Below, in pieces: positions 21,401 to 33,640 of a stretch of DNA of 64,000 bases. Positions within the stretch are counted from its first letter, which is position 1; every line of letters begins with the position of its first letter. Made by a program: the position numbers and the translations under genes. The stretch is from Leptospira biflexa. GTDB taxonomy: Bacteria > Spirochaetota > DYNZ01. Where the stretch lies: the NCBI GenBank assembly GCA_020720805.1, contig DYNZ01000002.1, forward strand, positions 1,861-65,860, in the 5' to 3' direction. The notes under the pieces are model-generated. The model saw only the letters and a program-made list of their open reading frames with translations, made no database searches and was not told where the DNA came from.

Positions 21401-22807
21401 GGTTTAGTCCGCATTATTAATCAAAAGCTCCACTTGATTGGCGAGGAGATTATTTTTCATGTTCGGGTAGGCTCTGACTTGAAGGTGTCTGTTGATGATA
21501 TATTAGAGCCGGGTGCGATTCTTGCAGAGTTTGATCCATTTTTTGAGCCAATATTAACAGATATTTCAGGTAAAGTTGAATTTGCGGATATAATTGTTGG
21601 TCAGACTATCCGTGAAGAAAAAGATGAGAACTCAGCCTCAACAACACGGATCATTACTTCAGCTAAGGGTGGTAAAATGACACCGACCCTGCGTATTCAT
21701 CCAGAGGTTGGCGAAGTTAAGGAGATCTTGCTTCCGAATGGTGCTGTTTTGAATGTTACCGAGGGACAATCTGTTCAGGCAGGAACCGTTTTGGCAAAAA
21801 TGCCCCGGAAGGCATCGAAAACAAAGGATATTACCGGTGGTCTTCCGAGAGTAGCTGAGCTTTTTGAAGCGAGGGTTCCAAAAGATTCCGCTACCATGTC
21901 TGAAATTGAAGGAATGGTTGAATTTGGTGGAGTAGTTAAAGATAAACGAGTAATCTATGTTCGCAATGAAGCCGGTGAGGAGAAAAAGTACTTAATTCCT
22001 CAGCGCAAACGTCTCCTTGTGCAACCAAATGACTATATTTATGGAGGGGATACACTGGATGATGGTCCGGTTGATCCTCATTCCATTCTTGATATCAAGG
22101 GAGTGGAAGAGCTCCAGAGTTATCTGGTGCGCGAGGTACAAGATGTTTACCGTGTACAAGGGGTAAACATCAATGATAAACATATAGAGATCATCATCAG
22201 GCAGATGTTGCGCAAGACTCAGATTACTGATCCAGGCGATACAATTTTTGTTGTTGATCAGCAGATAGACCGCTTTTTATTTGTTGATGAAAATAAACGG
22301 GTTGAAGAGCAGGGCGGTAAGCCTGCAACGGCAAAGCCAGTATTGCTAGGTCTCATCAAAGCCTCCTTAAATACAGAATCCTTTATTTCGGCGGCCTCCT
22401 TCCAGGAGACGACCAAGGTTTTAACAGATTCTGCTATTAAAGCGAAAGTCGACCATCTGGTAGGATTGAAAGAGAATGTCATCATTGGACACCTCATACC
22501 GGCGGGCACCGGATTGAGGAAATATCGTAGTATTGATGTATATCATAGAGAGATCGGCGATCTTGACCGCTTAATGGAAGAGCAGCATATAGAAGAGTTA
22601 GATGAAGAGAAGCTCGAAGAGCATATGAGACCGGATATAGCTGTTCCCACTCCATTGGGAGAGGGCGATGCAGATGATGATTTTGATGATGACGATGATG
22701 AGGAAAGCTTGGATTCAGAAGATAATGATTTTGATGATGACGAGAGTTTTCCCGAAAAACTGGACGAAAAGGATGAAGTTCCTGAAGAGGATAGAGTCAA
22801 TCCCTAA
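18422..22807 (+). CDS. rpoC: DNA-directed RNA polymerase subunit beta-prime (GTG start); contains SI3-type insertion and poly-acidic C-terminal tail
   Basis: Zn-binding [37 protein letters not shown] catalytic motif, 1461 aa. Confidence 0.97.
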   Translation: MRDFNDFDSISIKLASPDKIHEWSYGEVKKPETINYRTLKPERDGLFCERIFGTTKEYECYCGKFKSIRYKGVVCDRCGVEVTHYKVRRERMGHIDLAAPVSHIWYYRSVPSRMGLLLDMTLNALKSVLYFERYVVIEPGESELNRNDLLSEEEFQDYAEKYGDSFHAGIGAAAIKELLQLIDLDGEAQALRQRLLDRRNSSDKKLVKRLEVIEAFRDSGNKPDWMILDVVPVIPPELRPMVQLDGGRFATSDLNDLYRRVINRNNRLKRLQVLKAPEIIVRNEKRMLQEAVDALFDNSRRKRAVKGKGNRPLKSLSDMLKGKTGRFRQNLLGKRVDYSGRSVIVAGPYLKMHQCGLPKKMALELFKPFIMKRVVDKGYVYNIKSAKRMVESERPEVFEVLEEVVSEHPVLLNRAPTLHRLGIQAFEPILVEGKAIRLHPLVCSAFNADFDGDQMAVHVPLSPKAQLEAWLLMLSSHNLLNPANGHPIVTPTQDIVLGIYYLTMERKFHEDKVKHFSSMNELYHALDKKVVRLQERIKLLLDNGKLIETTPGRVLLQDVLPETYPTITTPVNNKDLGKIVSRLYNQFGPAITVETLDKIKELGYKYATLFAPTISTADIEPAPKKKDIIDKANEEILKIDNQYRNGIITAEEKYNKVIDVWTQANELVASDLFRHLETVDQGFNSIYMMAQSGARGSKQQIRQLAGMRGLMAKPNGEIIEIPIKSNFKEGLTVLEYFISTNGARKGLADTALKTADAGYLTRRLVDIAQDVVVNEDDCGTLNGMMMTATKDGDRIIVPLSDKIIGRFAAADILDPNTDKLICSRNEEITHDIAERIESVGIDEVFIRTVLRCETRQGVCATCYGRNLATGKKVNIGEAVGIIAAQSIGQPGTQLTMRTFHIGGTAEAGKQDKDIKIGYRALVTSVPVKTATTQEGKNVLLRRGAVTVRRINEIIPLETIEHLDVADGQNVLNGELVGILKGAQEDQKIRATENGLVRIINQKLHLIGEEIIFHVRVGSDLKVSVDDILEPGAILAEFDPFFEPILTDISGKVEFADIIVGQTIREEKDENSASTTRIITSAKGGKMTPTLRIHPEVGEVKEILLPNGAVLNVTEGQSVQAGTVLAKMPRKASKTKDITGGLPRVAELFEARVPKDSATMSEIEGMVEFGGVVKDKRVIYVRNEAGEEKKYLIPQRKRLLVQPNDYIYGGDTLDDGPVDPHSILDIKGVEELQSYLVREVQDVYRVQGVNINDKHIEIIIRQMLRKTQITDPGDTIFVVDQQIDRFLFVDENKRVEEQGGKPATAKPVLLGLIKASLNTESFISAASFQETTKVLTDSAIKAKVDHLVGLKENVIIGHLIPAGTGLRKYRSIDVYHREIGDLDRLMEEQHIEELDEEKLEEHMRPDIAVPTPLGEGDADDDFDDDDDEESLDSEDNDFDDDESFPEKLDEKDEVPEEDRVNP

Positions 22808-22886
22808 GTCAAATTATGATTTCTTGGATTTTTTATGGGAAAAAAGGAAAACTAATTGACCGCTAAACATAGCTTTTTAGTTTAGT

Positions 22887-22910
22887 CTCTCCCGTTTTCT
22901 TGCGGGAGAG
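22887..22910 (+). terminator. Hairpin CTCTCCCG-TTTTCTTG-CGGGAGAG downstream of rpoC
   Basis: Perfect 8-bp stem; weakly T-rich tail (CTCGTTATTCGTATTTT). Confidence 0.5.
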
Positions 22911-23013
22911 CTCGTTATTCGTATTTTACGAGTAGCTGATTAGGATTTCTTGTATACTTCGGCGAATAATGAATTAAGAGATGAATTTTTTAGATTAAGA
23001 AAGAGAATATTTC

Positions 23014-23388
23014 ATGCCAACAATAAACCAATTGATCAAAAAATCGAGGGAAAAGGTTATCAAAAAAGGTTCTGCACCGGCTTTGACTTCATGTCCGCAA
23101 AGGCGTGGGGTTTGTACCAGGGTTATGACCTTTACCCCCAAAAAACCAAACTCTGCGCTGCGTAAGGTTGCCCGGGTTAGGTTAACAAACCAGATTGAAA
23201 TAACGGCATATATTCCAGGAATTGGCCATAACCTGCAAGAGCACTCCGTTGTGCTTGTAAGGGGTGGTAGGGTAAAGGATTTGCCAGGTGTGCGTTACCA
23301 CATTATCCGTGGCACATTGGATACCATGGGAGTGAATAATCGGAAAAAGGGTCGTTCCAAGTACGGCTCAAAACGGCTGAAAGCCTAA
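23014..23388 (+). CDS. rpsL: 30S ribosomal protein S12
   Basis: [48 protein letters not shown]. Confidence 0.97.
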   Translation: MPTINQLIKKSREKVIKKGSAPALTSCPQRRGVCTRVMTFTPKKPNSALRKVARVRLTNQIEITAYIPGIGHNLQEHSVVLVRGGRVKDLPGVRYHIIRGTLDTMGVNNRKKGRSKYGSKRLKA

Positions 23389-23417
23389 GCTGAATTAGTT
23401 ATTCGTGAGGAAAAGAG

Positions 23418-23888
23418 ATGTCAAGAAGAAGACGAGCGATTAAGAGACAGATAATTCCAGATCCACGTTTTGGAAATGAAGTTGTCAGTAAATTTGTGAA
23501 CTGTATGATGCTGGACGGAAAACGCGGTGTAGCGGAAACGATTTTTTATAAGGCGATGGATATCGTTGCCGGGAAGGTGCAAAAAGAGCCAGTTGATGTT
23601 TTTACCCAGGCTCTTGATAATGTAAAGCCATTGGTCGAAGTAAAATCACGCCGGGTTGGTGGTGCAACTTACCAGGTGCCGATTGACATCCGGCCAGAGC
23701 GGCGCCAAGCGCTTGGTATTCGATGGTTGATTCGCTACTCGCGTGCCCGCAATGAAAAAACCATGTATCAGCGCCTGGCAAATGAGATTATGGACGCCTT
23801 TAATAATACTGGTGGATCTATCAAGAAAAAAGAGGATACTCATAAAATGGCAGAAGCAAATAAGGCTTTCTCTCATTATAAGTGGTAA
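23418..23888 (+). CDS. rpsG: 30S ribosomal protein S7
   Basis: 156 aa, S7 family motifs; follows rpsL. Confidence 0.95.
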   Translation: MSRRRRAIKRQIIPDPRFGNEVVSKFVNCMMLDGKRGVAETIFYKAMDIVAGKVQKEPVDVFTQALDNVKPLVEVKSRRVGGATYQVPIDIRPERRQALGIRWLIRYSRARNEKTMYQRLANEIMDAFNNTGGSIKKKEDTHKMAEANKAFSHYKW

Positions 23889-24014
23889 TTCCTATTCAAG
23901 ATTCTCTCTTCAATATTGTTAAGAGTAAACGAACTTTCGGTGCGACTAGATGCAAGCTGAGTTTCGTCTAGAAATTTTCCAATTTAAAAAAGAATTTATT
24001 AAAAGAGAAGTTAT

Positions 24015-26096
24015 ATGGCAAGAACGGTAAGTCTGCAAAAGACAAGAAATATTGGAATTATGGCTCACATCGATGCCGGAAAGACCACAACAACAGAGCG
24101 GATTCTCTATTATACAGGTAAGACCTATAAAATTGGGGAGGTTCATGATGGCGCTGCGGAAATGGATTGGATGGAGCAGGAAAAGGAGCGTGGGATAACC
24201 ATTACCTCGGCAGCTACCACCTGTTTCTGGAAAGATCACCGTATTAATATAATTGATACTCCGGGGCATGTTGACTTTACGGTTGAGGTAGAGCGCTCAT
24301 TGCGGGTACTCGACTCGGCGGTAGCAGTGTACGACGCAGTTGCGGGTGTTGAGCCGCAGACAGAGACTGTTTGGCGTCAGGCTGATAAGTATCGGGTTCC
24401 GAGGATCTGCTTTGTAAATAAGATGGATCGGATTGGTGCAGATTTTTATGCCGCTGTAAAATCGATGAAGGATAGGCTAGGGGTAAATGCGGTTCCTGTG
24501 CAGCTGCCAATTGGCGTCGAGGATAAATTTGAAGGAGTTATTGATTTAGTTGGGCAAAAAGCTTTTATCTGGAAAGGTGAGGAGCTCGGTGCAAAATTTG
24601 AGGTCACCGATATTCCCGCTGATTATAAAGCAGATGTTGCAAAGTATCGCAAGTTCTTGGTGGAGTCGGTGGCTGAGCTAGATGAAGTGCTCATGGAAAA
24701 ATATCTCGATTTGGGTGATTTGTCCATTGATGAGCTAAAGTCCGGTATCCGTCGTGCTGTCCAACAATTAGAGATGTTTCCAGTTTTCTGCGGAACAGCC
24801 TTTAAAAACAAAGGTGTGCAACCGCTATTAGATGGCGTTATTGATTATATGCCCTCACCATTGGATATTCCGGATATCCAGGGTGTTTCCGTTAACGATT
24901 CTGAAAAAAAGCTTGAGAGAAAATCTAGTGACGAAGAGCCTTTTTCTGCTCTTGCTTTTAAAATTATGGCAGACCCATATGTAGGTAAGCTGGTATTTTT
25001 TCGGGTTTACTCCGGTGTATTGTACTCAGGTTCTTATGTGCATAACTCGACCAAAGATAAAAAAGAGCGGATTGGTCGCATTCTGCAAATGCATGCGAAT
25101 AACCGTGAAGAAATCAAAGAGGTCTATGCGGGTGATATTGCTGCTGCTGTTGGATTAAAATTTACAACAACAGGTGATACGCTGTGCGATGATAAGAATC
25201 AAATTATTCTTGAATCGATGGAATTCCCGGATCCTGTTATTGAGGTTGCCATCGAACCTAAAACGAAAGCAGATCAGGAAAAAATGGGAATTGCCCTGCA
25301 GCGATTGGCTGAAGAAGATCCCACCTTCCGCGTGCAATCCGATGAAGAGACAGGACAAACACTTATCAAAGGAATGGGGGAGCTTCACCTTGAGATAATT
25401 GTTGACCGAATGATGCGGGAGTATAAAGTAGAGGCAAATGTAGGAAAACCGCAGGTTGCATATCGCGAAACCATTCGCGGGACAGCTGAAGTTGAATCTA
25501 AGTATATTAAACAGACAGGTGGTCGAGGTCAATATGGCCACGTTTATTTGAAGGTCGAGCCTCAGCAACCAGGTGAAGGCTTTAAGTTTGAGAATAAAAT
25601 TGTCGGTGGGGTTGTTCCGCGCGAGTATATACCGGCAGTTGAAAAAGGAATCGTTGAAGCGCTGAATAATGGCGTTATGGCAGGATTTCCAGTGGTTGAT
25701 GTGAAAGCAACCTTATTTGATGGATCCTACCACGAAGTGGACTCTTCAGAGATGGCTTTTAAAATTGCAGCTAGTATGGGTTTTAAAGACGCCTGTAGAA
25801 AAGCGTCTCCTACCTTATTGGAGCCCATGATGGCTGTCGAGGTAGTTACGCCTGAGGAGTTCATGGGTGATGTTATTGGTGATTTGAACTCACGTCGGGG
25901 GCGAATCAATGGAATGGAGCAAAGGGGAAATTCTAAGGTAGTGGATTCCACTGTACCATTGTCAGAGATGTTCGGTTATGCTACTGATCTAAGATCCCGT
26001 ACGCAAGGTCGCGCAACGTATTCAATGCAGTTTAAAAATTATGAAGAAGTACCTAGAAGCATTGCTGAAGAGATTACAACTAAGATCAAGGGTTAA
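24015..26096 (+). CDS. fusA: Elongation factor G
   Basis: [23 protein letters not shown], 693 aa. Confidence 0.97.
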   Translation: MARTVSLQKTRNIGIMAHIDAGKTTTTERILYYTGKTYKIGEVHDGAAEMDWMEQEKERGITITSAATTCFWKDHRINIIDTPGHVDFTVEVERSLRVLDSAVAVYDAVAGVEPQTETVWRQADKYRVPRICFVNKMDRIGADFYAAVKSMKDRLGVNAVPVQLPIGVEDKFEGVIDLVGQKAFIWKGEELGAKFEVTDIPADYKADVAKYRKFLVESVAELDEVLMEKYLDLGDLSIDELKSGIRRAVQQLEMFPVFCGTAFKNKGVQPLLDGVIDYMPSPLDIPDIQGVSVNDSEKKLERKSSDEEPFSALAFKIMADPYVGKLVFFRVYSGVLYSGSYVHNSTKDKKERIGRILQMHANNREEIKEVYAGDIAAAVGLKFTTTGDTLCDDKNQIILESMEFPDPVIEVAIEPKTKADQEKMGIALQRLAEEDPTFRVQSDEETGQTLIKGMGELHLEIIVDRMMREYKVEANVGKPQVAYRETIRGTAEVESKYIKQTGGRGQYGHVYLKVEPQQPGEGFKFENKIVGGVVPREYIPAVEKGIVEALNNGVMAGFPVVDVKATLFDGSYHEVDSSEMAFKIAASMGFKDACRKASPTLLEPMMAVEVVTPEEFMGDVIGDLNSRRGRINGMEQRGNSKVVDSTVPLSEMFGYATDLRSRTQGRATYSMQFKNYEEVPRSIAEEITTKIKG

Positions 26097-26152
26097 TCGG
26101 GGCTTTTTCAAAAACGTTATTCAGGATTAGATATTACGGAGGATAGGATATT

Positions 26153-27352
26153 ATGGGTAAAGAAAAATTTGAAAGAACGAAACCGCACGTTAATATTGGC
26201 ACAATTGGTCACGTTGACCACGGTAAAACCACATTGACTGCGGCCATCACAACAGTTTTGGCAAAAAAAATTGGCGGTAACAATAAATCGGTCGCTTATG
26301 ATCAGATTGATAATGCTCCCGAAGAAAAAGAGCGTGGTATTACTATTGCTACCTCACACCAGGAATATGAAACAAAGAATCGTCACTATGCGCACGTAGA
26401 TTGTCCTGGACATGCTGACTACGTAAAAAATATGATTACTGGTGCAGCGCAAATGGATGGTGCTATACTAGTCGTTTCTGCAACTGATGGTCCAAAGCCG
26501 CAGACCCGTGAGCATATTGTATTGGCCGCGCAGGTTGGCGTGCCTCGTATTGTTGTTTTTCTAAACAAATGCGATATGCCTGACGTTGACGAGGAGATGA
26601 TCGAGCTTGTTGAAATGGAAGTTCGTGAGCTACTGGCAAAGTATGATTTTGATGGTGATAATGCGCCAATCGTTAAGGGTTCTGCTTTGAAGGCTCTTGA
26701 AGGGGATGAGGGCGAATTGGGCGCAGAGGCGATCCTGAAGCTGATGGATGCGTGCGATAGCTATATTCTTCAGCCAGCTCGTGATATCGACAAACCATTC
26801 TTAATGCCGGTAGAAGACGTATTTACAATTACTGGTCGCGGAACTGTAGCAACTGGTAGAGTGGAGCGCGGAATCGTAAAAGTTGGCGAAGAAATCGAAA
26901 TTGTTGGACTGAAAGATACCAAGAAATCGACTGTAACTGGCGTTGAGATGTTTCGGAAGTTACTGGATGAGGGTCGCGCAGGTGACAATATTGGTGCATT
27001 GCTTCGTGGTGTGGATCGTAAAGATATTGATCGCGGACAGGTATTGGCAAAGCCAGGTACCATTACCCCTCATAAGAAATTTGCCGCCAGTATCTATGTT
27101 CTCTCAAAAGATGAAGGTGGCCGTCATAAGCCATTTTTTAACAATTACAGGCCTCAATTCTACTTCAGAACAACAGACGTTACTGGCGTCATGACTCTGA
27201 AGGAGGGAGCAGAGATGGTAATGCCAGGAGAGAATGTGGATCTGACCGTAGAGCTGATTTCGACCATTGCTATCGAAGAAGGTTTGAAATTTGCGATTCG
27301 GGAAGGTAATAAGACTATTGGGGCTGGAGTTGTTTCAAAAATTATAGAGTAA
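26153..27352 (+). CDS. tuf: Elongation factor Tu
   Basis: [27 protein letters not shown], 399 aa. Confidence 0.98.
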   Translation: MGKEKFERTKPHVNIGTIGHVDHGKTTLTAAITTVLAKKIGGNNKSVAYDQIDNAPEEKERGITIATSHQEYETKNRHYAHVDCPGHADYVKNMITGAAQMDGAILVVSATDGPKPQTREHIVLAAQVGVPRIVVFLNKCDMPDVDEEMIELVEMEVRELLAKYDFDGDNAPIVKGSALKALEGDEGELGAEAILKLMDACDSYILQPARDIDKPFLMPVEDVFTITGRGTVATGRVERGIVKVGEEIEIVGLKDTKKSTVTGVEMFRKLLDEGRAGDNIGALLRGVDRKDIDRGQVLAKPGTITPHKKFAASIYVLSKDEGGRHKPFFNNYRPQFYFRTTDVTGVMTLKEGAEMVMPGENVDLTVELISTIAIEEGLKFAIREGNKTIGAGVVSKIIE

Positions 27353-27390
27353 ATTGCTCTAATAATTTTTTTAGCTTGATACACAGAAGG

Positions 27391-27418
27391 GGGGAAATAA
27401 TTATGTCCTCCCTTTTTG
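27391..27418 (+). terminator. Intrinsic terminator after tuf (GGGGGA stem, 10-nt loop, UCCUCCC, then T5)
   Basis: GC-rich hairpin followed by TTTTT, 40 nt after tuf stop. Confidence 0.55.
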
Positions 27419-27592
27419 TTCTTAATTGGAATGATAAGGCTCTGGTTTTAGGTTTCTGCGGAATCCGTTAAAGCCAATACTGTAGTTCGTTTTATACGAA
27501 TGCCTTGGATCATTGAAATTCACAAGGTTCTTTTTGTTATTATAGATCCCCATTATTTCGGGAAGATTTTTTATAGATAAGAGAGTAAGGCA

Positions 27593-27901
27593 GTGGCTGG
27601 ACAAAAGATACGAGTTAAATTAAGAGCTTTTGATCTCAGATTAATTGATCAATCGGCAGGTGAGATAATTAATACTGCAAAGCGGAGCGGCGCTAGAATC
27701 TCTGGCCCTGTTCCTTTGCCAATCAAAAAGGAAAAGTTTACTGTATTGCGCTCTCCGCACGTGAATAAGACATCTCGCGAACAGTTTGAAATGCGTACTC
27801 ATAAAAGAATAATTGATATCATTGATCCTAATAGTGATACAGTGGAAGCTTTAATGAAGCTTGAGTTGCCAGCGGGCGTTTCCGTTGATATTAAATCGTA
27901 A
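27593..27901 (+). CDS. rpsJ: 30S ribosomal protein S10 (GTG start)
   Basis: [31 protein letters not shown]. Confidence 0.95.
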   Translation: MAGQKIRVKLRAFDLRLIDQSAGEIINTAKRSGARISGPVPLPIKKEKFTVLRSPHVNKTSREQFEMRTHKRIIDIIDPNSDTVEALMKLELPAGVSVDIKS

Positions 27902-27926
27902 TTATGAATCTGGCTTACTGAGGTAA

Positions 27927-28580
27927 ATGAAAATGGGAAAAACATTCAATGGATCTTTGCGGCGCCCTGGTATTCTCGGTCGAAAAATTGGCATGAGTCA
28001 GATTTTTGATGAAAATGGAAATATGATTCCTGTTACTATTGTAGAGGCGTCTCCATCTGTGGTAACATTTAAAAAAGAGCAGGGCAAAGATGGCTATGAC
28101 GCTCTTCAGTTGGGATACGGGAATAAAAGAGAAGTGTTGTTTACAAAGCCCGAATTAGAGCATCAGAAAAAATCTGGTAATTTATTATTTCGGTTCTTAA
28201 AGGAGTTTCGTGGATTTGATCAAACGACCTATAATGTTGGCGATCAGGTGTCCATGGAGATATTTGAAGAGAACGAAAAAATCAATGTCGTTGGTTTAAG
28301 CAAAGGCAAAGGTTTTGCTGGTGTTCATAAGAGGCATGGTTTTGGGGGGGGGCGTAAGACTCACGGATCCCATTTTCATAGGGCTCCAGGCTCTATTGGT
28401 GCTTGTGCGTTTCCATCCAAGGTTTTTAAGGGAATGAGAATGCCGGGTCATAAGGGCGTAGACCGTGTAACGGTTGTAGCTTTGCAGATTATTAAAATGA
28501 ATAAAGAGAAAAATTATCTGTTAATTAAGGGTGCTGTGCCCGGAAAAAATAATGATCTCGTTGCCATCATTAAGCGATAG
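27927..28580 (+). CDS. rplC: 50S ribosomal protein L3
   Basis: ILGRKIGMSQIFDENG motif, 217 aa. Confidence 0.93.
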   Translation: MKMGKTFNGSLRRPGILGRKIGMSQIFDENGNMIPVTIVEASPSVVTFKKEQGKDGYDALQLGYGNKREVLFTKPELEHQKKSGNLLFRFLKEFRGFDQTTYNVGDQVSMEIFEENEKINVVGLSKGKGFAGVHKRHGFGGGRKTHGSHFHRAPGSIGACAFPSKVFKGMRMPGHKGVDRVTVVALQIIKMNKEKNYLLIKGAVPGKNNDLVAIIKR

Positions 28581-28612
28581 TAGATCAGGTTTAATCGAAG
28601 TAGAGGATTAAG

Positions 28613-29239
28613 ATGAAATTGCCCAAGTTTAATATGGACGGCCAACAGACAGGTGAAGTTGATCTGAATGATTCAGTGTTTAATGTTGCAGTGAATAAAG
28701 GATTAATTTATGATTTGATTCGTGCTGAACAGATGAACCGCCGTCAAGGGAACGCATCCACAAAGGGTAGAAGTTTTGTGAGTGGTGGTGGTGCTAAGCC
28801 TTGGAGACAAAAAGGTACAGGTCGCGCTCGCCAGGGATCCATACGGGCTACCCAGTGGGTCGGCGGTGGTGTTCCTCATGGCGCAAAGCCTCGTCCATTT
28901 GAAATAAGAATGCCACAGAAAATGCGTCAGAGTGCTTACAGGTCTATATTATCTTATAAGGCTAACATGGGTGCGGTGAAAGTTCTTGATCAATTTGTTT
29001 TAGCGGAGGCCAAGACAAGATTAGCTGCAGCTGTGCTAAAAAAACTTGAGATAAATTATAAAATAACTATAGTTCTGGATGATGACAGTTCCTCGTTAAA
29101 GCTTGCGCTTCGGAATATTCCTAATGTGAAATATATTCATTTTTCACGTTTAAGCGGACAGGATCTTTTTCTAAACAAGGAGATCCTTGTTACGGAAAAG
29201 GCTGCTAAAGAGTTAGAAAAAGCCTTAATGTTGGCTTAA
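28613..29239 (+). CDS. rplD: 50S ribosomal protein L4
   Basis: 208 aa, L4 family, position. Confidence 0.92.
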   Translation: MKLPKFNMDGQQTGEVDLNDSVFNVAVNKGLIYDLIRAEQMNRRQGNASTKGRSFVSGGGAKPWRQKGTGRARQGSIRATQWVGGGVPHGAKPRPFEIRMPQKMRQSAYRSILSYKANMGAVKVLDQFVLAEAKTRLAAAVLKKLEINYKITIVLDDDSSSLKLALRNIPNVKYIHFSRLSGQDLFLNKEILVTEKAAKELEKALMLA

Positions 29240-29262
29240 TGGAACAGAGATAGAGGTTAAAG

Positions 29263-29556
29263 ATGGATTCAACTCAGGTTTTGATTAAGCCATTACTTTC
29301 GGAGAAAAGCACAAGGTTATCCGAGCAGAGTAGGCCCCAATATGTTTTTTTGATTCGTAACGATGCGAATAAACCCCAGGTTGCTAAAGCAATATTGGAA
29401 TTGTTCCAAGTTAAACCCGTAAAGGTGCATATTATTAACACCTTTGGAAAGTGGAAGCGTGTTCGTAGGCAATACGGATTAACGCCGACTTATAAAAAAG
29501 CTATTGTTACATTGAAGCATGGTGAAAAAATAGATTTTTACGAAAGTAAAAAGTAA
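29263..29556 (+). CDS. rplW: 50S ribosomal protein L23
   Basis: 97 aa, L23 family, position. Confidence 0.9.
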   Translation: MDSTQVLIKPLLSEKSTRLSEQSRPQYVFLIRNDANKPQVAKAILELFQVKPVKVHIINTFGKWKRVRRQYGLTPTYKKAIVTLKHGEKIDFYESKK

Positions 29557-29602
29557 TTTTTGAGTTTATTATAACGATTTGCACTGAATTAGGATAATTT
29601 AT

Positions 29603-30427
29603 ATGGCGTTAAAAAAGTATAATCCTGTCACTTCGACTCTTAGATTTAAAAGTACGCTGGATTTTAGTGGGTTAAGTAAAGAGGGTCCACATAAACCTTT
29701 ACTAGATACTATTAATAAAAAAGGCGGTCGGGGTTTTAAAAATCAAATTAGTGTTCGCCGCAAAGGTGGAGGTCACAAAAGGCTCTACCGGATCATTGAT
29801 TTCAAGCGAAACAAGCATGATGTTGAAGCTAAGGTTATTACAATTGAATATGATCCGAATCGCAGCGCAAATATTGCATTACTGCAGTATTTGGATGGTG
29901 AGAAGAGATATATTGTGGCTCCGAATGGTCTTACCGTTGGAGAAATTTTACATTCTGGGGAGAATGCTGAGGTAAAGGTAGGCAATGCCCTGCCTTTGCA
30001 AAGGATTCCGGTTGGTTTAAATGTTCATAATGTTGAAATACATCCTGGCAAAGGTGGTCAAATTGTCCGCAGTGCAGGGACCGGCGCACAGATATTAGGC
30101 CGTGAAGGAAAATATGTCAGCGTAAAATTGCCATCAGGAGAAACCAGAAAAATACTTGGCACTTGTTATGCGACAATCGGCGAAATTGGCAACAAGGATC
30201 ATATGAATGTTGTCATTGGCAAAGCTGGAAGATCGAGATGGTTGGGGAAGCGACCAAAAGTAAGAGGAGTCGTAATGAACCCAGTCGATCACCCTCATGG
30301 TGGTGGAGAAGGTAGAACATCAGGAGGACGTCACCCTGTTAGTCCAACGGGATTACCTACGAAGGGTTATAAAACTCGGAATAGAAAAAAATATTCAACC
30401 TCGTTAATAATTAAAAGAAGAAAATAG
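29603..30427 (+). CDS. rplB: 50S ribosomal protein L2
   Basis: 274 aa, GRNxxG..HPHGGGEG motif. Confidence 0.97.
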   Translation: MALKKYNPVTSTLRFKSTLDFSGLSKEGPHKPLLDTINKKGGRGFKNQISVRRKGGGHKRLYRIIDFKRNKHDVEAKVITIEYDPNRSANIALLQYLDGEKRYIVAPNGLTVGEILHSGENAEVKVGNALPLQRIPVGLNVHNVEIHPGKGGQIVRSAGTGAQILGREGKYVSVKLPSGETRKILGTCYATIGEIGNKDHMNVVIGKAGRSRWLGKRPKVRGVVMNPVDHPHGGGEGRTSGGRHPVSPTGLPTKGYKTRNRKKYSTSLIIKRRK

Positions 30428-30463
30428 ATAGCTAAAGCTTAGTTTTTTTACAAAGGAATTGAT

Positions 30464-30748
30464 ATGGCTAGATCATTAAAAAAAGGACCATTTATAGATT
30501 TACATTTATTTAAGAAAGTAGAAAAGCAAAACCAGGAAAATGATAAGAAACCTATCAAAACCTGGTCGAGAAGGTCAACAGTCTTTCCTGAGATGATAGG
30601 CCATACTTTTATGGTGCATAATGGAAAAAAATTTGTACCAGTTTATGTGAATGAAAACATGGTGGGTCATAAGTTAGGTGAATTTTCCCCAACAAGAAAT
30701 TACAGGGGTCATTCTTCTAAAAGCGAAAAAGGCGCAAAAAGAAAATAA
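30464..30748 (+). CDS. rpsS: 30S ribosomal protein S19
   Basis: [29 protein letters not shown]. Confidence 0.95.
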   Translation: MARSLKKGPFIDLHLFKKVEKQNQENDKKPIKTWSRRSTVFPEMIGHTFMVHNGKKFVPVYVNENMVGHKLGEFSPTRNYRGHSSKSEKGAKRK

Positions 30749-30777
30749 GCCAGAGCAAAAGAATAGGCAAATAGAAA

Positions 30778-31113
30778 ATGGAATCTAAAGCTATCGGAAA
30801 ATATTTGAGAATATCACCTCGAAAAATTAGAATTGTAGGCGACGAAGTACGTGGTCGTGAATTTCCGGATGCCGTTGATATCTTGAAAACGATTCCCAAG
30901 CAAGGGGCAAGATATCTTTATAAAGTTATTATGTCGGCTGCGGCAAATGCTAAAATTAAAAACCCGGATATCAATGAAGCTGAGTTGTATATAAAAAAAT
31001 TGGTAGTAGATGAAGCTCCTATGTTCAAAAGATTTCAAGCTCGAGCCCGCGGACGAGCTGGCCGTATTAGAAAGCGGAGCAGTCATATCACAGTTATATT
31101 GTCAAACGAGTAA
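30778..31113 (+). CDS. rplV: 50S ribosomal protein L22
   Basis: 111 aa, L22 family, position. Confidence 0.9.
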   Translation: MESKAIGKYLRISPRKIRIVGDEVRGREFPDAVDILKTIPKQGARYLYKVIMSAAANAKIKNPDINEAELYIKKLVVDEAPMFKRFQARARGRAGRIRKRSSHITVILSNE

Positions 31114-31126
31114 AATGAGGTAAGGA

Positions 31127-31804
31127 ATGGGACAAAAAGTTAATCCTATAGGTATTCGTCTTAAAATAAATAAAGACTGGAAGTCAACCTGGTATGCCCC
31201 GAAAGGGAAATATACTGAATTTTTACATTCAGATTTGGCGATTCGCAATTTTGTGCAAAAGAGATTAAAGAGCGCAGGTGTCGCGGAAATTAAAATTGAT
31301 AGATTTCCAGATCGAGCCAACGTCATAATCAGAACTTCAAAACCTGGAATGGTAATTGGTAAGGACGGAAAAGAAATTAATAAACTCAAAGAAGAGATGC
31401 ATAAATTATTTGGAAAGAATATTTATGTAAACATCGAGCAAGAGCATAAGCCTGAGATGCAGTCAAAACTCATTGCTGAAGGTATTGCTCAGCAAATTGA
31501 AGGACGTTTGCCATTTCGTCGTGCGATGAAACAGGCAATTACCACTACAATGCGTGGTGGTGCTTTGGGTGTTAAAGTTATGTTGAATGGACGGTTGAAT
31601 GGTGCAGAAATGGCACGCCAGGAAACCTACAAAGAGGGTAGGATTCCTCTGCACACGCTACGGGCTGATATTGATTATGGTACAGCGACAGCATTTACAA
31701 CCTATGGTACAATAGGTGTCAAGGTTTGGGTTTATAAAGGAATTGTACTGTCCAATGTTGAAGAAGAAGAAGATAAGTACACGGTTAAAAGGAAGACACG
31801 GTAA
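31127..31804 (+). CDS. rpsC: 30S ribosomal protein S3
   Basis: MGQKVNPIGIRL, KH domain, 225 aa. Confidence 0.95.
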   Translation: MGQKVNPIGIRLKINKDWKSTWYAPKGKYTEFLHSDLAIRNFVQKRLKSAGVAEIKIDRFPDRANVIIRTSKPGMVIGKDGKEINKLKEEMHKLFGKNIYVNIEQEHKPEMQSKLIAEGIAQQIEGRLPFRRAMKQAITTTMRGGALGVKVMLNGRLNGAEMARQETYKEGRIPLHTLRADIDYGTATAFTTYGTIGVKVWVYKGIVLSNVEEEEDKYTVKRKTR

Positions 31805-31862
31805 TCCGATTGTAGATCAGTGTTCTTAAACCTTAGAGTCTTAAATTATATAGGAATAAAAA

Positions 31863-32273
31863 ATGTTAGCTCCCAAAAAAGTCAAATATCGGAAAAAGCA
31901 GCGCGGCACCAACACAGGAGTGGCAACAAGTGGTAACCAGATTAGTTTTGGTGAAATGGGATTGCAGGCAACTACCTCTGGCATGATAACTGCACGGCAA
32001 ATTGAGGCTGCTCGTATTGCTATCACAAGGCGAGTTAAGCGTGGTGGAAAAATCTGGATTCGCATTTTCCCTGATTTTCCTTATACAAAAAAGCCCGCTG
32101 AAACGCGTATGGGTAAGGGTAAGGGAAATCCCGAATTTTGGGTCGTGAAAATTCAGCCAGGTAAAGTCCTGTTTGAACTAGCTGGAGTCGATGCAGAATT
32201 AGCCGAATCTGCTATGAAAAGGGCTCAATACAAATTGCCAGTAAGAACACGGATAGTATCCAGGCAGCACTAA
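31863..32273 (+). CDS. rplP: 50S ribosomal protein L16
   Basis: [23 protein letters not shown]. Confidence 0.95.
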   Translation: MLAPKKVKYRKKQRGTNTGVATSGNQISFGEMGLQATTSGMITARQIEAARIAITRRVKRGGKIWIRIFPDFPYTKKPAETRMGKGKGNPEFWVVKIQPGKVLFELAGVDAELAESAMKRAQYKLPVRTRIVSRQH

Positions 32274-32289
32274 TACTTAGGAATGTTTT

Positions 32290-32496
32290 ATGGGAAAGAT
32301 AATAAAAAAATTAAGAGAACTTAGCCCGGAAGAGATGCAACAACAACTTGAACAGGCCAAAAAAGATCTATTTAAGCAAAGATTCGAGATTGTTACTGGA
32401 CATGTTACCAATGTTAAATTATTAAAAAATGCTAAAAGAAAAATAGCTCGAATCTATACATTGCAAACACAGGCTACTTTAAAAGCTGCCAAGTAA
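32290..32496 (+). CDS. rpmC: 50S ribosomal protein L29
   Basis: 68 aa, LRELSPEEMQQQLEQAKKDLFKQRFE. Confidence 0.9.
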   Translation: MGKIIKKLRELSPEEMQQQLEQAKKDLFKQRFEIVTGHVTNVKLLKNAKRKIARIYTLQTQATLKAAK

Positions 32497-32522
32497 AAGA
32501 TATATGAAAAAATAATGGTGTT

Positions 32523-32807
32523 ATGATGACTGACAATACAAATTCAACGGAAAATAAAATTGCTAGATTGCGAATGACTGTAGGAACGGTTGTTTCAAAT
32601 AAAATGGATAAAACAATCGTTGTTAAAGTTGAAGATTTGGCAATGGATCCAGTGATAAAAAAAGTTATTAAAACAAGTAAAAAGTTTCATGCACATGATC
32701 CTCAAAATGAATGTAATATTGGCGACAAAGTACAAATTGTACATACAAGACCTTTATCAAAAAAGAAAAGATATATTCTTGATAAAATTCTAGAAAAAGC
32801 GAAATAG
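32523..32807 (+). CDS. rpsQ: 30S ribosomal protein S17
   Basis: 94 aa, [17 protein letters not shown]. Confidence 0.92.
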   Translation: MMTDNTNSTENKIARLRMTVGTVVSNKMDKTIVVKVEDLAMDPVIKKVIKTSKKFHAHDPQNECNIGDKVQIVHTRPLSKKKRYILDKILEKAK

Positions 32808-32827
32808 TTTCAAGCGGAGATTGGAAA

Positions 32828-33220
32828 ATGATACAAGTAGAAACATTTCTTGATGTAGCTGATAATACAGGTGTCAAAAAAGTCCAATGTATTAAAATAC
32901 TGGGCGGAACAAATCGACGCTATGCAACTGTTGGTGATATTATTGTTGTCGCAGTTAAAGACGCTATTCCAACTTATGGATTAAAAGATACCCAAGGAAA
33001 GAAAGTGCACAATAAAGCTGTTCTAAAGGCAGTCGTGGTTAGAACTAAAAAAGCCTTCCGCCGCAAAGATGGGTCCTATATCAGGTTCGATACCAATTCG
33101 GTTGCAATTATAGATAACCAAGGCAATCCAAAAGGTACGCGAATTTTCGGTCCAGTTGCTAGGGAATTACGTGAAAAAAAATTCATGAAAATAGTTTCCT
33201 TGGCACCGGAAGTTGTTTAA
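32828..33220 (+). CDS. rplN: 50S ribosomal protein L14
   Basis: [18 protein letters not shown]. Confidence 0.95.
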   Translation: MIQVETFLDVADNTGVKKVQCIKILGGTNRRYATVGDIIVVAVKDAIPTYGLKDTQGKKVHNKAVLKAVVVRTKKAFRRKDGSYIRFDTNSVAIIDNQGNPKGTRIFGPVARELREKKFMKIVSLAPEVV

Positions 33221-33251
33221 TGGTAATCTGCTAAGTTTAAGGATTAAAAAA

Positions 33252-33587
33252 ATGCAAGAATATAAGACAAAATTAAAAAAAGGTGATCTTGCCATAGTAA
33301 TTGCGGGCAAAAATAAAGGCAAAAAAGGTAAGATTTTAAATATTAACCTTAGCAAAGGGCAAATATTGCTGGAAGGCGTAAACCAAAGAAAAAAATTTGT
33401 TCGCCCAAGTCAAGATAACCCTAAAGGTGGTATCGTTAATATAGAGGCACCTATCTCCATTTCCAACGTTCAGTTTTATGATGAGAAAAGCAAAATGGGT
33501 GTTAGGCTTGGTTTTGTTGTAGATAACAAAGATCAAAAGAAAAGCCGAGTTGCTCACATAAAAAAAGAGCTAAAGAAGATAGATTAA
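33252..33587 (+). CDS. rplX: 50S ribosomal protein L24 (ATG 33252 with AAGGA RBS; track TTG 33213 rejected)
   Basis: [28 protein letters not shown] motif. Confidence 0.9.
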   Translation: MQEYKTKLKKGDLAIVIAGKNKGKKGKILNINLSKGQILLEGVNQRKKFVRPSQDNPKGGIVNIEAPISISNVQFYDEKSKMGVRLGFVVDNKDQKKSRVAHIKKELKKID

Positions 33588-33640
33588 CAGTACAAATATA
33601 TCACCATTCAAAAGAAAAAAAATTATTAGGTAATACAATA

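Noticed and set aside
22668-22859. 63-aa + strand ORF overlapping the rpoC acidic tail in another frame ([11 protein letters not shown]...)
   Set aside because: Frame-shifted translation of the GAT/GAA-rich repeat.
25155-25568. 137-aa minus-strand ORF inside fusA, plus similar ones inside tuf, rpsA (48008-48454) and mutS (61376-62432)
   Set aside because: Antisense shadow ORFs within conserved genes.
33213-33251. TTG start for rplX overlapping rplN
   Set aside because: ATG 33252 with an AAGGA RBS gives the canonical L24 N-terminus ([12 protein letters not shown]).
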